Made by a program: the position numbers and the translations under genes
Source of the DNA: Histomonas meleagridis 2922-C6/04-290x
Lineage: Eukaryota > Protista > Parabasalia
Direction of reading: 5' to 3'
Length of the DNA stretch: 64,000 nt
Assembly: GCA_020184695.1 (NCBI GenBank)
Contig: JAANOX010000085.1
Span: 310,001 to 374,000 of the forward strand
The notes under the pieces: generated by a model
What the model was told of the DNA's origin: nothing
Seen by the model: the letters and a program-made list of their open reading frames with translations, nothing else
The model's database searches: none
Shown: positions 52,174 through 63,882 of the stretch, in pieces
Position numbering within the stretch: position 1 is the stretch's first letter
Layout: each line of letters starts with the position of its first letter

Positions 52174-55100
52174 ATGTCGAACCAGCCGAAAGCACCCAAA
52201 GAAATCACAAAAAATGACTTAATAAAAATACTTAAAAATATCCCATCAGGTGATAAAACGAATGACGCTGAATCATTAAAGTTATATTTACAACGTTACC
52301 AAGATTTTAAAGTTTCATTTAAAGCTTTCCAAAAAATAGATTTATCATTCACAGAAAAGGAATTAAGGCTTTCCATTTGTTCATCATTAGTAAATTCTTT
52401 ATTTAATCAAAAAAACACAGAAAAATTATTTAATTTCATAATTACAAAAAATATTATTGAAAAAAGCGAATGCTTTCTGTTATTCATAGATTCTAATTAT
52501 TTTTCAACAATTATTCTATCCAGAATTCGAAAGACTTCAAATGATATGAATACTTTGATTAACGTGCTTTCTTCATTATCTACAATCACACCGCAAATCC
52601 AACTTTTGAGGCGATCAATTTTTCAATTCGCACTTTTAAGAAATGAAACAGATTTATGTTTTGATATAATCAAGTCTATTAAACCATCAAATTCAAGTGA
52701 AGAGTTTCTTGAATTTTCTAACTATTGCACATCCTTTATTCGTCTCATTGCGAATAATCCAGAAATGGCTAAATCATTTTTCAATTATCTTATGAATCTT
52801 ACTCCATTCTTTCAAGGCAGCAAGCTTCAGCATATTATTTCTATCATAATTTCATTTGCCTCACTAATTCGTGGTGGTACACTTCATCCATCATCACTTA
52901 GTTTTGTCAAGTTTGTAGGAAATCCACAAAGCCTTGTGAATAAGTTTGAATCTTCCACCAAATCACTCATCAACCCAACCTTATCTTTTGATCAATCTCC
53001 ATCACTTATGAAACCCTATTATCTTTACGAAAAGTGGCATTTGGATCCATTTAAAATATTTGAATCTGACGATAGCGAACGTGTATACAATTCAATACTT
53101 TACCTGATCCAAAATTCCCCGACTCTTTCACTTGAGTTATTAGATCAATTACCATTACGTACTTCTTTACCCTTTTATTATATACTTTCTACTCGAGGTC
53201 AAGATGAACCATTTCATATAGCAATTGAAAAATCATTACAACAAAACATAACTGAAATTGTAATTCCAATATTAGAAAAAGTCTCAAAAGTTACTCCATC
53301 ACTTTTAACGCGACATTTTAAATCCATATCCATTTTAAGTATTCCACAATGTTCAATTATCGTCTCATATTTAATTAAATCGGACATCATTGATTTCCAA
53401 AAATTATTTACTCACTTTTTAAAGAAATATGAACTTCATCAAGTCAAACCAATCATTCGAGAAGGAATTCTTCAAATCCAACGTCAATCGACATCAATAG
53501 AGAACACGCAATTCATTTTGTCTGTACTTAAACATTACTTCAGTGATATCCATGGAACAATAAATTGGTTTTCAGTTGCTGAACAATTCGAAGATGACAT
53601 TTCAATCTCATCCACAATATTATTAAATGAAAATGCTGAAAAAGGCACAGAGAATGTTACATCAACATTATTAACTCGATGGCAAGAGAAATTTTTCCAA
53701 TACATTTCACGTGCTCCAAGTAATTTACATAGTGCGTTAGTTATACCATTTATTCTTTTATCGACATTAACAAATGAAATCCAACTTAACAAATTAAAAT
53801 GGGCAATTTCATTATTACCGACATATGAAACATTATCCGAATCAATTCTTGAAGGATATTCATTATTTGAGTTAGCAAAACATATTATGACGCAATCAAG
53901 TTCATATGGAGAAGCATTAAACATATTTAAGAACATATTTTTATTTGATGAAAATAAAGTTATAACATATTCATCGATATTTGTACATGCTGCGTTAATA
54001 GTTAATGGTAAAAAACAAAGTTTAAACTTATTAATAGATGCGACTAAATCAAATCATTCACAAATATCAAACGGATCTAAAATCGCATTAAACATAATCA
54101 AATTAAACGGAATTAAAATCGAATATGAAACCGAAGAAATTCCAATTGTTGGGAAAATAATTGGACTTTTAAGTAATTACGTGCATAACGCGTCAAATGA
54201 AAACATAAAAATTGATGCAAAAGATCAAAAGTTAATTGATATGTTACAAGCAACGCATTCAATGGTAACAAAATCAATGAAAATATCATTGAACAATAAT
54301 AAATTTAATACATATGAAGATGTTAAATATCATTTCTTACAAATCTCAATTTCATGTTTTCTATTATTACCTTCACGTTGTATATCACAAACGTCAATCG
54401 ATAAATGCTTCGAATTATTAACAAGTTCTTCTTCATTATACATACATAAAAAATTTGCTATTTATGCATTAAGTCAAATAAATAAAATCCCAGAATCAAT
54501 AGACTTTAATCAATTACTTACTAAGGACTTATTTAAACCAATTTGTATCTTAGCAGTCAAGCAAAATGATTATCAATTAATTATGAAAATTTTGGAAATT
54601 TCAAACGATTTCAATACTTTATTCGTGTTAAAGCCGGTAATTGAATTCCTCAGCGTCGAAACCGTTGTAAACTTCATAAGAAAGACGGTTAATTCGGTTG
54701 ATATTACAACACTTTTTGACTCAATTGACTTGTTTACAAATCCAAATGAATTGTTTGAAATATTTAATGGTATTCGTAAAAATAAATCATCAATTTTGGA
54801 ATTATTCGATTTACCAAGTATAAACAAATTAAAGACGGCTTTGATTAAGTTTAATAATGATGATTTAGAAAAATATGTTTTGACACCATTTGATGATTTC
54901 GCACTTTTATGTTCAAATGAATTAAATAATTCAGTTTCATCAATTTGTTGGAAACTTTTATCTAATAATAATGACGAAGTTAGTTCGCAATGTTTGTTTA
55001 AGTTTGCATTAAACCAACAAGAAAAAACAATTCAATTTGTTGAATCATTTTTCGGTATAATGCAAAATGCAAGTGAAATTAAAACGAACATTGCGATTAG

Positions 55101-55335
55101 TTATATATCAATATTCTTATTAGCTTCGAATACAAAAGAACCTTTTCTCTCTATTAAATTACATTTGCAAGCAAATCCAAATGATGCAACAAATGAATTA
55201 TTTCATTCGTTGGCGCCGAGTTTAATTGCATTGTCACCAAAAATCACAAAAATTCATTTGAACATTTTGGAAGAAAAGTCATTAGGCGAACTTGATGAAA
55301 TAATTGGGGCTTTAAAGTTAAGGAAACTTGTTTAG
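52174..55335 (+). CDS. Large alpha-helical hypothetical protein
   Basis: 1053-aa uninterrupted ORF, Leu/Ile/Ser-rich; no firm motif. Confidence 0.75.
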   Translation: MSNQPKAPKEITKNDLIKILKNIPSGDKTNDAESLKLYLQRYQDFKVSFKAFQKIDLSFTEKELRLSICSSLVNSLFNQKNTEKLFNFIITKNIIEKSECFLLFIDSNYFSTIILSRIRKTSNDMNTLINVLSSLSTITPQIQLLRRSIFQFALLRNETDLCFDIIKSIKPSNSSEEFLEFSNYCTSFIRLIANNPEMAKSFFNYLMNLTPFFQGSKLQHIISIIISFASLIRGGTLHPSSLSFVKFVGNPQSLVNKFESSTKSLINPTLSFDQSPSLMKPYYLYEKWHLDPFKIFESDDSERVYNSILYLIQNSPTLSLELLDQLPLRTSLPFYYILSTRGQDEPFHIAIEKSLQQNITEIVIPILEKVSKVTPSLLTRHFKSISILSIPQCSIIVSYLIKSDIIDFQKLFTHFLKKYELHQVKPIIREGILQIQRQSTSIENTQFILSVLKHYFSDIHGTINWFSVAEQFEDDISISSTILLNENAEKGTENVTSTLLTRWQEKFFQYISRAPSNLHSALVIPFILLSTLTNEIQLNKLKWAISLLPTYETLSESILEGYSLFELAKHIMTQSSSYGEALNIFKNIFLFDENKVITYSSIFVHAALIVNGKKQSLNLLIDATKSNHSQISNGSKIALNIIKLNGIKIEYETEEIPIVGKIIGLLSNYVHNASNENIKIDAKDQKLIDMLQATHSMVTKSMKISLNNNKFNTYEDVKYHFLQISISCFLLLPSRCISQTSIDKCFELLTSSSSLYIHKKFAIYALSQINKIPESIDFNQLLTKDLFKPICILAVKQNDYQLIMKILEISNDFNTLFVLKPVIEFLSVETVVNFIRKTVNSVDITTLFDSIDLFTNPNELFEIFNGIRKNKSSILELFDLPSINKLKTALIKFNNDDLEKYVLTPFDDFALLCSNELNNSVSSICWKLLSNNNDEVSSQCLFKFALNQQEKTIQFVESFFGIMQNASEIKTNIAISYISIFLLASNTKEPFLSIKLHLQANPNDATNELFHSLAPSLIALSPKITKIHLNILEEKSLGELDEIIGALKLRKLV

Positions 55336-55439
55336 GAATAAATATATATGTTTTGGAATTAATTTTTTTTTGGATAAAAATATAAATTTATTTGATATTA
55401 TAGTAATAGATTTGAATCATTTTGGGTTTAGTGTCAAAT

Positions 55440-55762
55440 GTTTGTTTAACGATTTTTGTTCAAGTAATTTAACTATTTCTATTTGCCAAGTTGAGATGCC
55501 CACATAAGTGCTGTATAAAATATTTTGAGCAAAATTATCTAAATATTATTTTGAAATCCAAAATTAAGAAAATAAACACCAAATAAAACGAGTAAATAGT
55601 ATTAATATCAATTCCTTCTTGTTCAAGAAAAAATTTAATAAAATTAGAACTCTGTTTGTTTTTTACAATGTTTGGTTCAAGAAAATTATGTACAATCATG
55701 GCTTCAAGAAGATAAGATGATTCATTTGTCTGTTTGTTATTAAGAAACGTAATAAGATGCAT
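55440..55762 (-). pseudogene. DUF3447-ankyrin remnant (copy D) with one 83-nt spacer
   Basis: YLLEAMIVHNFLEPNIVKN (near-identical to copy C) fused to FLEQEGIDIN, then a spacer at 55515-55597 containing TTTCAAAATAATATTTAGA, then YTALMWASQLG and a frameshifted EIVKLLEQK. Confidence 0.75.
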
Positions 55763-56623
55763 AAAATAATTATAATATATCTCAAATATTATTTTAAATA
55801 TGAAATCATTAAAATTATTTTCAAAAAATATAACATATCATCTTTGGTATTAACTTCATAATTATTCAATCCTATATCATTGTCTTTTAAATATATGATA
55901 AATGCATTAATGTTAAACAAATCGAAGACTTTGTAATTTATGAATTGGAAATAATATGTTCATTAATGATGAATAAAATGAATATATTTCAAAAGATGTA
56001 ACAACTTTACTAATTCTAATTGCTTCCAATTTATCATAATCATAAAATGCACTATTTACATGTATAGTAAAATGTATTATTTCAGATCATAGTGAAATAA
56101 GGTGATGATAAAAATATAAAGAATTTCAGTAAAAAAAATCAATGCATGAAAAGAAGAATATTTTTATATAAGAGGTAAGTTTTACTTCAATAAGATTATA
56201 TTCAATCATTTATTCAAGAAGATATTATGGTACGATGGTTTTATTACAAAAGAAATAGCGTAAAACATTCAAAAAATTTGATTTATACTATTAATTTCTT
56301 CAAATCTCTCAATTTCTTTTATTGAACCTAAGTATATATATATCAAAAAAATCCAAATTTATTAAAATCATTGTGAAAACCATTTGAATGATAATAAGTT
56401 TAAGAGTATGATAACTTTGAATCAAGAATATTGAATTAAATTACTATTTCATATACAATGTTAGCTTCTTTAAAACCAAAAGCTATTTGATTGATGGAAA
56501 AGAGGAATTTCTATTCTTTTCAAAAATTTTATCTAATTTTGCTTTCATGAATTAGTTTTCTTTTGAATACTTTACTTTTATCGTTGATATTTTTATTCAA
56601 AACCATCTGCCAAGTGTTGGCTT

Positions 56624-59019
56624 ATGCAAGAAAGAAAAAAAACAATTCAGAACGAATGGGAAACAATTTTATCGATTAAGCAAATTATTTTTGATTTAGA
56701 TAAAGAAAATTTAATTCAATCAGCAAAATCAATAATTAAAACATTTAAGCATAACCATCCATTATCTTTAAATCCGATTATTTGTCAAATGATATACACA
56801 GTTCTTGTTATATCAGAAACAAAAATGTTTGATTTATATTTAAATTTTATGAATGAAATTAAAACCATACAAGAGAAAAAAAATAACAAGTCAAAAATTT
56901 TTAAAGATTTTGCAATTTTCTCTATTAATAAAAATGATGAAGAATCACGTTTTCTTCTTAATTCATTGATTGAACATAATTTTATTAAACCAAAATCTGT
57001 CCAAAGCTTAAAAAATCCTTATTTTGCTCATTATCTTTCACATGAAAAAGTTAAAAATTTATCTAGTTTAGAATCTTTTCATGATAATTATGAAGAACTA
57101 TCGAAGAACAATTGTTCTGAATATATTCAAAAAAATTATGAAGGATTATCAAAGAATGATTGGGAATTACATAAGAAATTAATTAGAGAATGACATAATC
57201 CAAATGAAATTGTAAAAATAATCCGAAATGATGAAGTAGAAAAACTTCAAGAAATATCATCACAAACAAATTTTGATTTTAATCAAAAAATTGAACCATC
57301 ACTTTATGAAAGATGTTCACTTGTTAATGAAGATAATGTTTCATTAATTGATTATGCAGCTTTTTTCGGATCAGTTAAATGTTTTAAATATTTACTTATG
57401 AATGGTGCAAATGTAGAAAACACAGGCAATTATGCAATTGCAGGTGGAAATGAAGAAATAATTCATTTATGTGAACAAAATTATTCATCGTTTGAAGATG
57501 TATATGAAACAGCAATTATTTTTCATCGAAATGATATCTTTAAATATTTTTATGATAATAAATTAAAAGAAATTAATAATTTAGAAGAATTAGGAAAGCT
57601 TTGTATTTTATATCATAATTATGAAATATTTTCATTTTTACTTAAAGAAGGAATGAAAATCAATGATGATATTATTAATGAAGCAGCAATTATTGGAAAT
57701 ATTTTTTTAGTTGAAGATTTTCTTAAAGATCATTCAATTCCGCATGATATATTGGTATTTTCAGCTGAATCAGGAAATATTGAACTTGTTGAATATGTTT
57801 TAAAACAAAAAGGAATTGATATTAATGATGAAAATATTCAACTGTTTCATTTGATATTTATTTTAATAATTTGCTATTTCAAAATAATATTTGGAAATTA
57901 TTTTGAATATTTTATACAGCGCTTATGAACGCATCTTGGTTTGGTCATACAGAAATAGTTAAATTACTTCTTGAACAAGAAGGAATTGATATAAACCGCG
58001 AAACTATTTATTTCTTTTTTGTATAGTTTATTTTAATAATTTGATAATTCAAAAAAGTATTTGGAAATTATTTAAATTATTTAAGACAGCACTTATTTGT
58101 GCATCTATAAATGGTCATACAGAAATAGTTAAATTATTTCTTGAACATAAAGGAATTGATATAAATCACGAATGTATTTATTTGTTTTATTCATTGTTTA
58201 TTGTAATAATTTTTTATATTAAAATAATGTTTGGAAATTGTTTAAATTATTTGATACAGCACTTATTTATGCATCTGAAAATGGTCATTCAGAAATAGTT
58301 AAATTACTTCTTGAACAAGAAGGAATTAATATTAATGCTAAAGATATTAATTTGTTTTATTTTTTATTTATTTTAGTAATTTAGAATTTTAAAATAATAT
58401 TTGGAAATTATTTAAAATATTATGGACAGCACTTATGTTCGCATCTAAATCTGGTAACTTAGAAATTGTTAAATTGCTTCTTGAACAAGAAGGAATTGAT
58501 ATTAATGCTCAAAATATTTATTTGCTTTATTTGATATTTATTTTAATGATTTTTTATTTCAAAATAATATTTGGAAATTATTTTATTTATTTGTAACTGC
58601 ACTTCATATAGCAATTAGAAATAATAATACAGAAATAGTTAAATTACTTCTTGAACAAAAAGGAATTGATATTAATGCTGAAGATATTTGTTTGTTTTGT
58701 TTGAAATTTATTTTAATAATTTTTTATTTCAAAATAATATTTGGAAATTATTTTAATTATTTGAAACTGCACTTCATATAGCAATTAGAAATAATAATAC
58801 AGAAATAGTTAAATTACTTCTTGAACAAAAAGGAATTGATATTAATGCTGAAGATATTTGTTTGTTTTGTTTGAAATTTATTTTAATAATTTTTTATTTC
58901 AAAATAATATTTGGAAATTATTTATATTATTTGATACAGCACTTATTAGAGCATCTTCAAATGGTCATACAGAAATAGTTAAATTACTTCTTGAACAAGA
59001 AGGAAAAAAAACTAACTAA
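56624..59019 (+). CDS. DUF3447-like + ankyrin-repeat gene (copy B): one in-frame TGA and seven 80-nt spacers
   Basis: ORF 56624-57193 continues in frame past TGA 57191 into 57398-57928. Spacers at 57836, 58006, 58176, 58346, 58516, 58686 and 58856, each exactly 80 nt. The last cassette ends LLLEQEGKKTN-TAAA at 59017-59020. No frameshifts outside the spacers. Confidence 0.75.
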
Positions 59020-59332
59020 AAAAATTATTTTGGCTTTGTGGTGATGTTTTAGGTATAACTTCTTAGTTTATCTCACATAAGTTGTTTTCAAAAATTTTAT
59101 TAAGAAGATAATTTGATTCATTTGTTTATTGTTTCAAAAAAATTCACAAAAATAGTGATTAAATTTTCATAACACTTATTATAAAGTTCTGCTTCTTATG
59201 ACTCAAGTGATTTTATATATTTTAAACATAATCTATCATCATCTTTTGAAATAAGAAACGAATATAAAATACTACAATTAATAAAATTAAATGAATATTT
59301 ATCATCAAAAAAATTCAATGAGTCATCATTTT

Positions 59333-59384
59333 TCATTTTTGTTCAAGTAATTCAACTATTTCATTATGATGCAACAATAAGTGC
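59333..59384 (-). pseudogene. Single degenerate ankyrin cassette remnant (copy E)
   Basis: Reverse complement GCACTTATTGTTGCATCATAATGAAATAGTTGAATTACTTGAACAAAAATGA resembles ALIVAS...EIVELLEQK. Confidence 0.5.
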
Positions 59385-59454
59385 TTCCCAAAATAAAACA
59401 TGTAATATTTAAAATTTCTTCTTGCAAAACAAGCATAAATATTTTGGCGATTTA

Positions 59455-59884
59455 CTAATGTTTAGCGGAAAGTGGACTGTCTGAAAGAGCCCAACCTTCA
59501 ACAACGCGTACACAATTGGATCAGGGTTCTGTTGAAAGTTAACAGATTCCGTTGTGTGTTGTAAGATTTCGTCATTCGTATCAAGATTCTTTACCTTAAC
59601 ACTGGAGCGAATAGCTGCCCAATCATCCTTGATAAAGCATATTATCGAAATTCACCCAGTTCCATGGTGTAATGCTGGAAAAGTTGTCCCATCATATCTT
59701 TATATTGTTGCAATGTTAATCGATGACCATAAACATTATAATGCGCATCTGGTTCGTACAGTGTGTTACACCATTCTAGCCAGCCACCATATCCACCATT
59801 CCAGTTCTTGAATCCATTAACAAGACGATCACGGATCGCATCTTCCATATTGGGTCCACTTTGTACCTTTTGAGTTTCCGACAT
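59455..59884 (-). pseudogene. SnoaL/NTF2-like fold protein of probable bacterial origin, frameshifted
   Basis: MEDAIRDRLVNGFKNWNGGYGGWLEWCNTLYEPDAHYNVYG..; three single-base corrections extend it through GEFDNMLIKDDWAAIR..PDPIGVRVVEGWALSDSPLSAKH*. The pattern (NML...D.AAIR, KVVEGW-like end) is that of small bacterial NTF2/SnoaL proteins. Confidence 0.6.
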
Positions 59885-60292
59885 TATAAAAAATGATTGT
59901 TTAGAAAAAATTCCACCGGAGATGTATATTCTCGGTGAGCACCTTTCAATTCACCGTAAACTATTCAATATCCGATTTTCATAACTTTACTTATCACCGG
60001 GGATCAATTTCCTAAGAAAAAATGAATGCAATTGACCACATTTTTTGAAAAAAAATAAAAGTGTCAATAAACCCGAGTTGGTTATCAATCTTGAAGATGC
60101 ACAACAAAAACAAAAATACATTTTAAGTTTTGCCTCGTTTTTTGTAAAAAATTAAATGCATTTTCCCCTTTATTTTTCTCGAAAAAAATTATTCAAATCA
60201 TTTTAATTATATGTTCTGATCAGAGATTTAAAATTTTGTTTATTATCATGAATGTCATATATTATTGTTATATTTATAATCTTTTAATTAGT

Positions 60293-60868
60293 TTAGCAGC
60301 ACTTGGATTCCTCTTTTTTATCTGCAAGCACGGGTTGCTGCTGTTGAGAATCAACAATAATATCTTGACCTGCACCAGTTTGAGCAATTTGATTAAAAAT
60401 ATCATTAATACCCTCGCCAGTCACAGCCGATGTTTCGCCGAATATGACTGCGCCAAGTCTGTCTGCAAGTTCTTTACCTTGTTCTTTTGATATACATCTT
60501 GCATCTTCTAAATCAATTTTGTTTCCAATCACAACTAATTTAACATTAGGCGGACCTCTATTTGCAATTTCAGACGCCCATTTTTCTAAACCTTCAAGAC
60601 TAGCTTTTGATGTAACATCATAAACAAGAACTGCAACATCAGCTGATCTATAATACATAGGAGCAAGAGCCCTGAACTTTTCTTGACCCGCGGTATCCCA
60701 TAATTGAAGACGAACTGAACCTTTTTGAGTTTGCACCACTTTCGTATAAAATGCAGCCCCAACTGTTGGTGGTAAATTTTTATCCATTGCCTCTCTAACA
60801 TATTTGTTAATGATACAACTCTTTCCAACCTTTGTATCACCCACAATGACGACTTTCATTTGACTCAT
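60293..60868 (-). CDS. Rab GTPase (Rab5/21/22-like)
   Basis: GDTKVGKS, PTVGAAF, WDTAGQEKFRALAPMYYR, GNKID, ETSA, C-terminal CC. Confidence 0.95.
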   Translation of the reverse strand: MSQMKVVIVGDTKVGKSCIINKYVREAMDKNLPPTVGAAFYTKVVQTQKGSVRLQLWDTAGQEKFRALAPMYYRSADVAVLVYDVTSKASLEGLEKWASEIANRGPPNVKLVVIGNKIDLEDARCISKEQGKELADRLGAVIFGETSAVTGEGINDIFNQIAQTGAGQDIIVDSQQQQPVLADKKEESKCC

Positions 60869-60963
60869 TTTCGACTAATAATCACAACGACACGAAACCG
60901 TTTATTTCAATTATCGACCGTTTAATCGCATCAAAAAAATTTGATTTGAAGATGAATTTTTAT

Positions 60964-63078
60964 TTAATTTTCAGCCATTGTATAATATTTACCATTCTGC
61001 ATTATTATTCTTTGTTTTAGAAGTTCATTAAGGGCCATTCCAAATTCGTCTGGATCGAAAGGAAACATTGAAGACAACATTTTTTCTGCTTGAGTAGCCA
61101 ATCCTAAATCTGAAACTTTTTTACTACCTTTTACAGTTCTCGTGATGATTGATTGATAAACTTTTAATCTCTTCTTTGCAAGAAGTTGATCCTGAACACT
61201 CTTTTGCGCCAATTGCAATGAGAAATGGGCCGGGATTATAATAGCAAATTTCTTCTTCGGCGTCTTAAAAGCCGGGTTAAACATTACAATTGTATCTTCT
61301 TTCTTATCTTTAGGCATTATCCTAAACAACATGAAAGCCTTTGTTAACCCCTTTTTAATTAACACTTCAATTTCGGGCACTTTCATGTGTAAACTTTCCG
61401 CTATTTGTCTATAAGTAGCAGTTTTAACTTCGGAAAGATGTACAATAACAATTGCCAACAACAAAGGCATTTTGATTTGGAAGTCATAACGATTTTGTGC
61501 GCTTAATTTCATCATCACGATATTATCCTCATAAATCCATTTTAGTTTTACGCGGGAATTCTTTTGCCCCAAAAAGAATTGTGTAAAAGCGCTTTTCCAA
61601 TCATTGAAAACTTTCGGTAAAATAACTTGATCGAATTTCGAAGCAACGCCTTGCGCATTCGAAGTGGGGAGAACGAAAACGCGTAATACATATCCGAAAG
61701 GTTTCTTCTCCCAATCGTTGTTAATTTTGGCCGACGTCTCAAAGTCTTTTAACATGTTTTGGAATGGCTTCGCTAATGTCGGTGGCATATAAGGCTCCAA
61801 ACATTCGATTGCAGTTTCTTCGACTTGATATTGTTGGCCTGCAAATTGACATAATCGAACTAACATTAACGTGTTATGCGTTTCGATGAATTCCATTTTC
61901 TTATTCGAAAACGATACGATTTTTGCGCATTGACTTATTGATATTAATTGGTCCCGTTTCTTACTCGGATCGTTACACATAGTTTCAATACATTTACTGA
62001 TGTAACGTGCCGCGTTGTATTCAAACGATAGGTCGGGATTCTGGATAATGGTCTGACGAACGTTTTCAAGTTTTTCTGAAAAGCCGGGTATTGAATACAT
62101 TTTCGTTTGCGCTAATAAGTCGAGCTTTTCGTATAAAGTTATCAATTCTTCAATCATAGCTAGTGAACTTTGGAGGTTATTAGGATTATTGGTGTCCTTT
62201 AACGTGCCAGACTTGGAAATGAAGTACGATAGAAACAATTCAGATAATTCCTTCAGAAAAGTGGTGCCGATTATGTAGTTGTCAATTAAATCGGTTAGAA
62301 ATTGATAGTTGACAAAAGTGTCAAGAAAAGTGGCAAAATATATTGAGTGAAATGAACTTTGCATTAGGTATTCACTGGTGATACATGAATATAACCCAGC
62401 GGATAATATCGACCGAAGCTTATCGCCATCTGCTTTTGGTAGGATTCCCCATAATTTTGATTCATTATCAATTAAATTCATAGAAGCACTAAGATAAATT
62501 AATGGGTTTTCTTTAACATCTGAACGCTGAAGCAGCTGAGAAGTAAATGTGAATGCTAAATAATCAGTTGCTTGGTAAAGATGATTTACAAATGTATCCC
62601 ATAATTTGGTTTGCTTTAAAAACTGTGAGAAAAATAAGATAATGTCTTTGAAGTCTTCGAAGTTCGGTGAGCCTGGAAGTTGATGTGCTAATTTGATTAA
62701 ATAACTTGAAACTCTATCTGAAGATGGAGGAGTAAGAAATATAATTGTTTTAAATATGTTCGTCAATTCGGCTTCGATGTCGATTTTGTCGTCATACATT
62801 TGAACTGGATAAAGAACATTCTTTAAATGTTTTATGTATGAAAATGTCGTTTGAACAATTTGATTAACAACTTCTAAAAGTTGTTTGTCATCTGAATTTG
62901 ATATATTTTCGCGAATGTTTATCAATGATTTGGAAAACGAATCTTGAAGAATTCGGATAAACGATTTTGAGTCATTCATTTGAAGATAATCAAAAACTGT
63001 AAAATATATTTCATCAAATGATAAATCATTCGCATGCCCTTCGACTAATTGTGATATCCATTCATCCAGTTGTTCCAT
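60964..63078 (-). CDS. Cullin-family protein (divergent)
   Basis: 704 aa of helical repeats; cullin-homology features (THNTLMLVRL, KLKWIY, LAIVIVHL..ATYRQIAESL) and a winged-helix end with IITRTVKG (Lys at the neddylation position of the IVRIMK motif). Confidence 0.7.
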   Translation of the reverse strand: MEQLDEWISQLVEGHANDLSFDEIYFTVFDYLQMNDSKSFIRILQDSFSKSLINIRENISNSDDKQLLEVVNQIVQTTFSYIKHLKNVLYPVQMYDDKIDIEAELTNIFKTIIFLTPPSSDRVSSYLIKLAHQLPGSPNFEDFKDIILFFSQFLKQTKLWDTFVNHLYQATDYLAFTFTSQLLQRSDVKENPLIYLSASMNLIDNESKLWGILPKADGDKLRSILSAGLYSCITSEYLMQSSFHSIYFATFLDTFVNYQFLTDLIDNYIIGTTFLKELSELFLSYFISKSGTLKDTNNPNNLQSSLAMIEELITLYEKLDLLAQTKMYSIPGFSEKLENVRQTIIQNPDLSFEYNAARYISKCIETMCNDPSKKRDQLISISQCAKIVSFSNKKMEFIETHNTLMLVRLCQFAGQQYQVEETAIECLEPYMPPTLAKPFQNMLKDFETSAKINNDWEKKPFGYVLRVFVLPTSNAQGVASKFDQVILPKVFNDWKSAFTQFFLGQKNSRVKLKWIYEDNIVMMKLSAQNRYDFQIKMPLLLAIVIVHLSEVKTATYRQIAESLHMKVPEIEVLIKKGLTKAFMLFRIMPKDKKEDTIVMFNPAFKTPKKKFAIIIPAHFSLQLAQKSVQDQLLAKKRLKVYQSIITRTVKGSKKVSDLGLATQAEKMLSSMFPFDPDEFGMALNELLKQRIIMQNGKYYTMAEN

Positions 63079-63882
63079 CTATCGATTTGTCATAGCGGCT
63101 ATGTAAATCTCAGAAATTGTATCGTTCATAATTAATATATGGAAAATAAAAAATTTGTTTTGTTTTTGTTGTTAATAGAATCAATTTTATATTTTTATCT
63201 ATGAAAAAATCCGATATTGGATGAGTGAGAAAAATGGCTTTTTGCTAAAAATAAAATAAATTACTTCGAATTATTGCTCTTCTAAATCTTTTTTTTTTTG
63301 GTTGAATAAATTCTATTTTGAAATCCGTTGGATGTGCGTATAAGTAAATCCACAATTACATAAATACATTATAGTTATGAATACATAAATAATTTAAATG
63401 ACAATGAATTTTTTCTCTTAATTGACTTTTATAATTTACCCAAGAGGAACGTATTAACTGAATTCACAATTTTCGTAATTGCGAGCTACATTATATTTTT
63501 TACACTTTAAAACTAATGAATGTTCAGAGCGAAATCAAAAAACAATATCATAAACACACTTTTTCAGATATTTATCCGACTTTCCAATAAAATTACGTGA
63601 AAACAAACATAACATATATTTACTACAGTAGATTATCTTAATGACATACAAAAACGCTTAATAAACAGATGTCCCCCTCTATTTTAAAATGATATGTTCA
63701 GCAAATCATTAACAATTATGTTTTTGTTGTTTGGAAAAGTCAAATTAATTCGAATTAGTTCAATGACAAAATTTTGTTTATTTAACTTTTTCATAGCATG
63801 GCAAAATTTGGTATAAAGCACACAAAAAATTGACTATGTTGGTTTGAACAACTATATGACAATCTCACTTCACTTTACAAAT

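Noticed and set aside
10524-63078. Alternative genetic code (UGA or UAA reassigned)
   Set aside because: Conserved genes end at the expected position with TGA (Sec23, PNGase) or TAA (actin, Rabs, eL40), and long genes have no internal stops. In-frame stops are confined to transposons and the ankyrin family.
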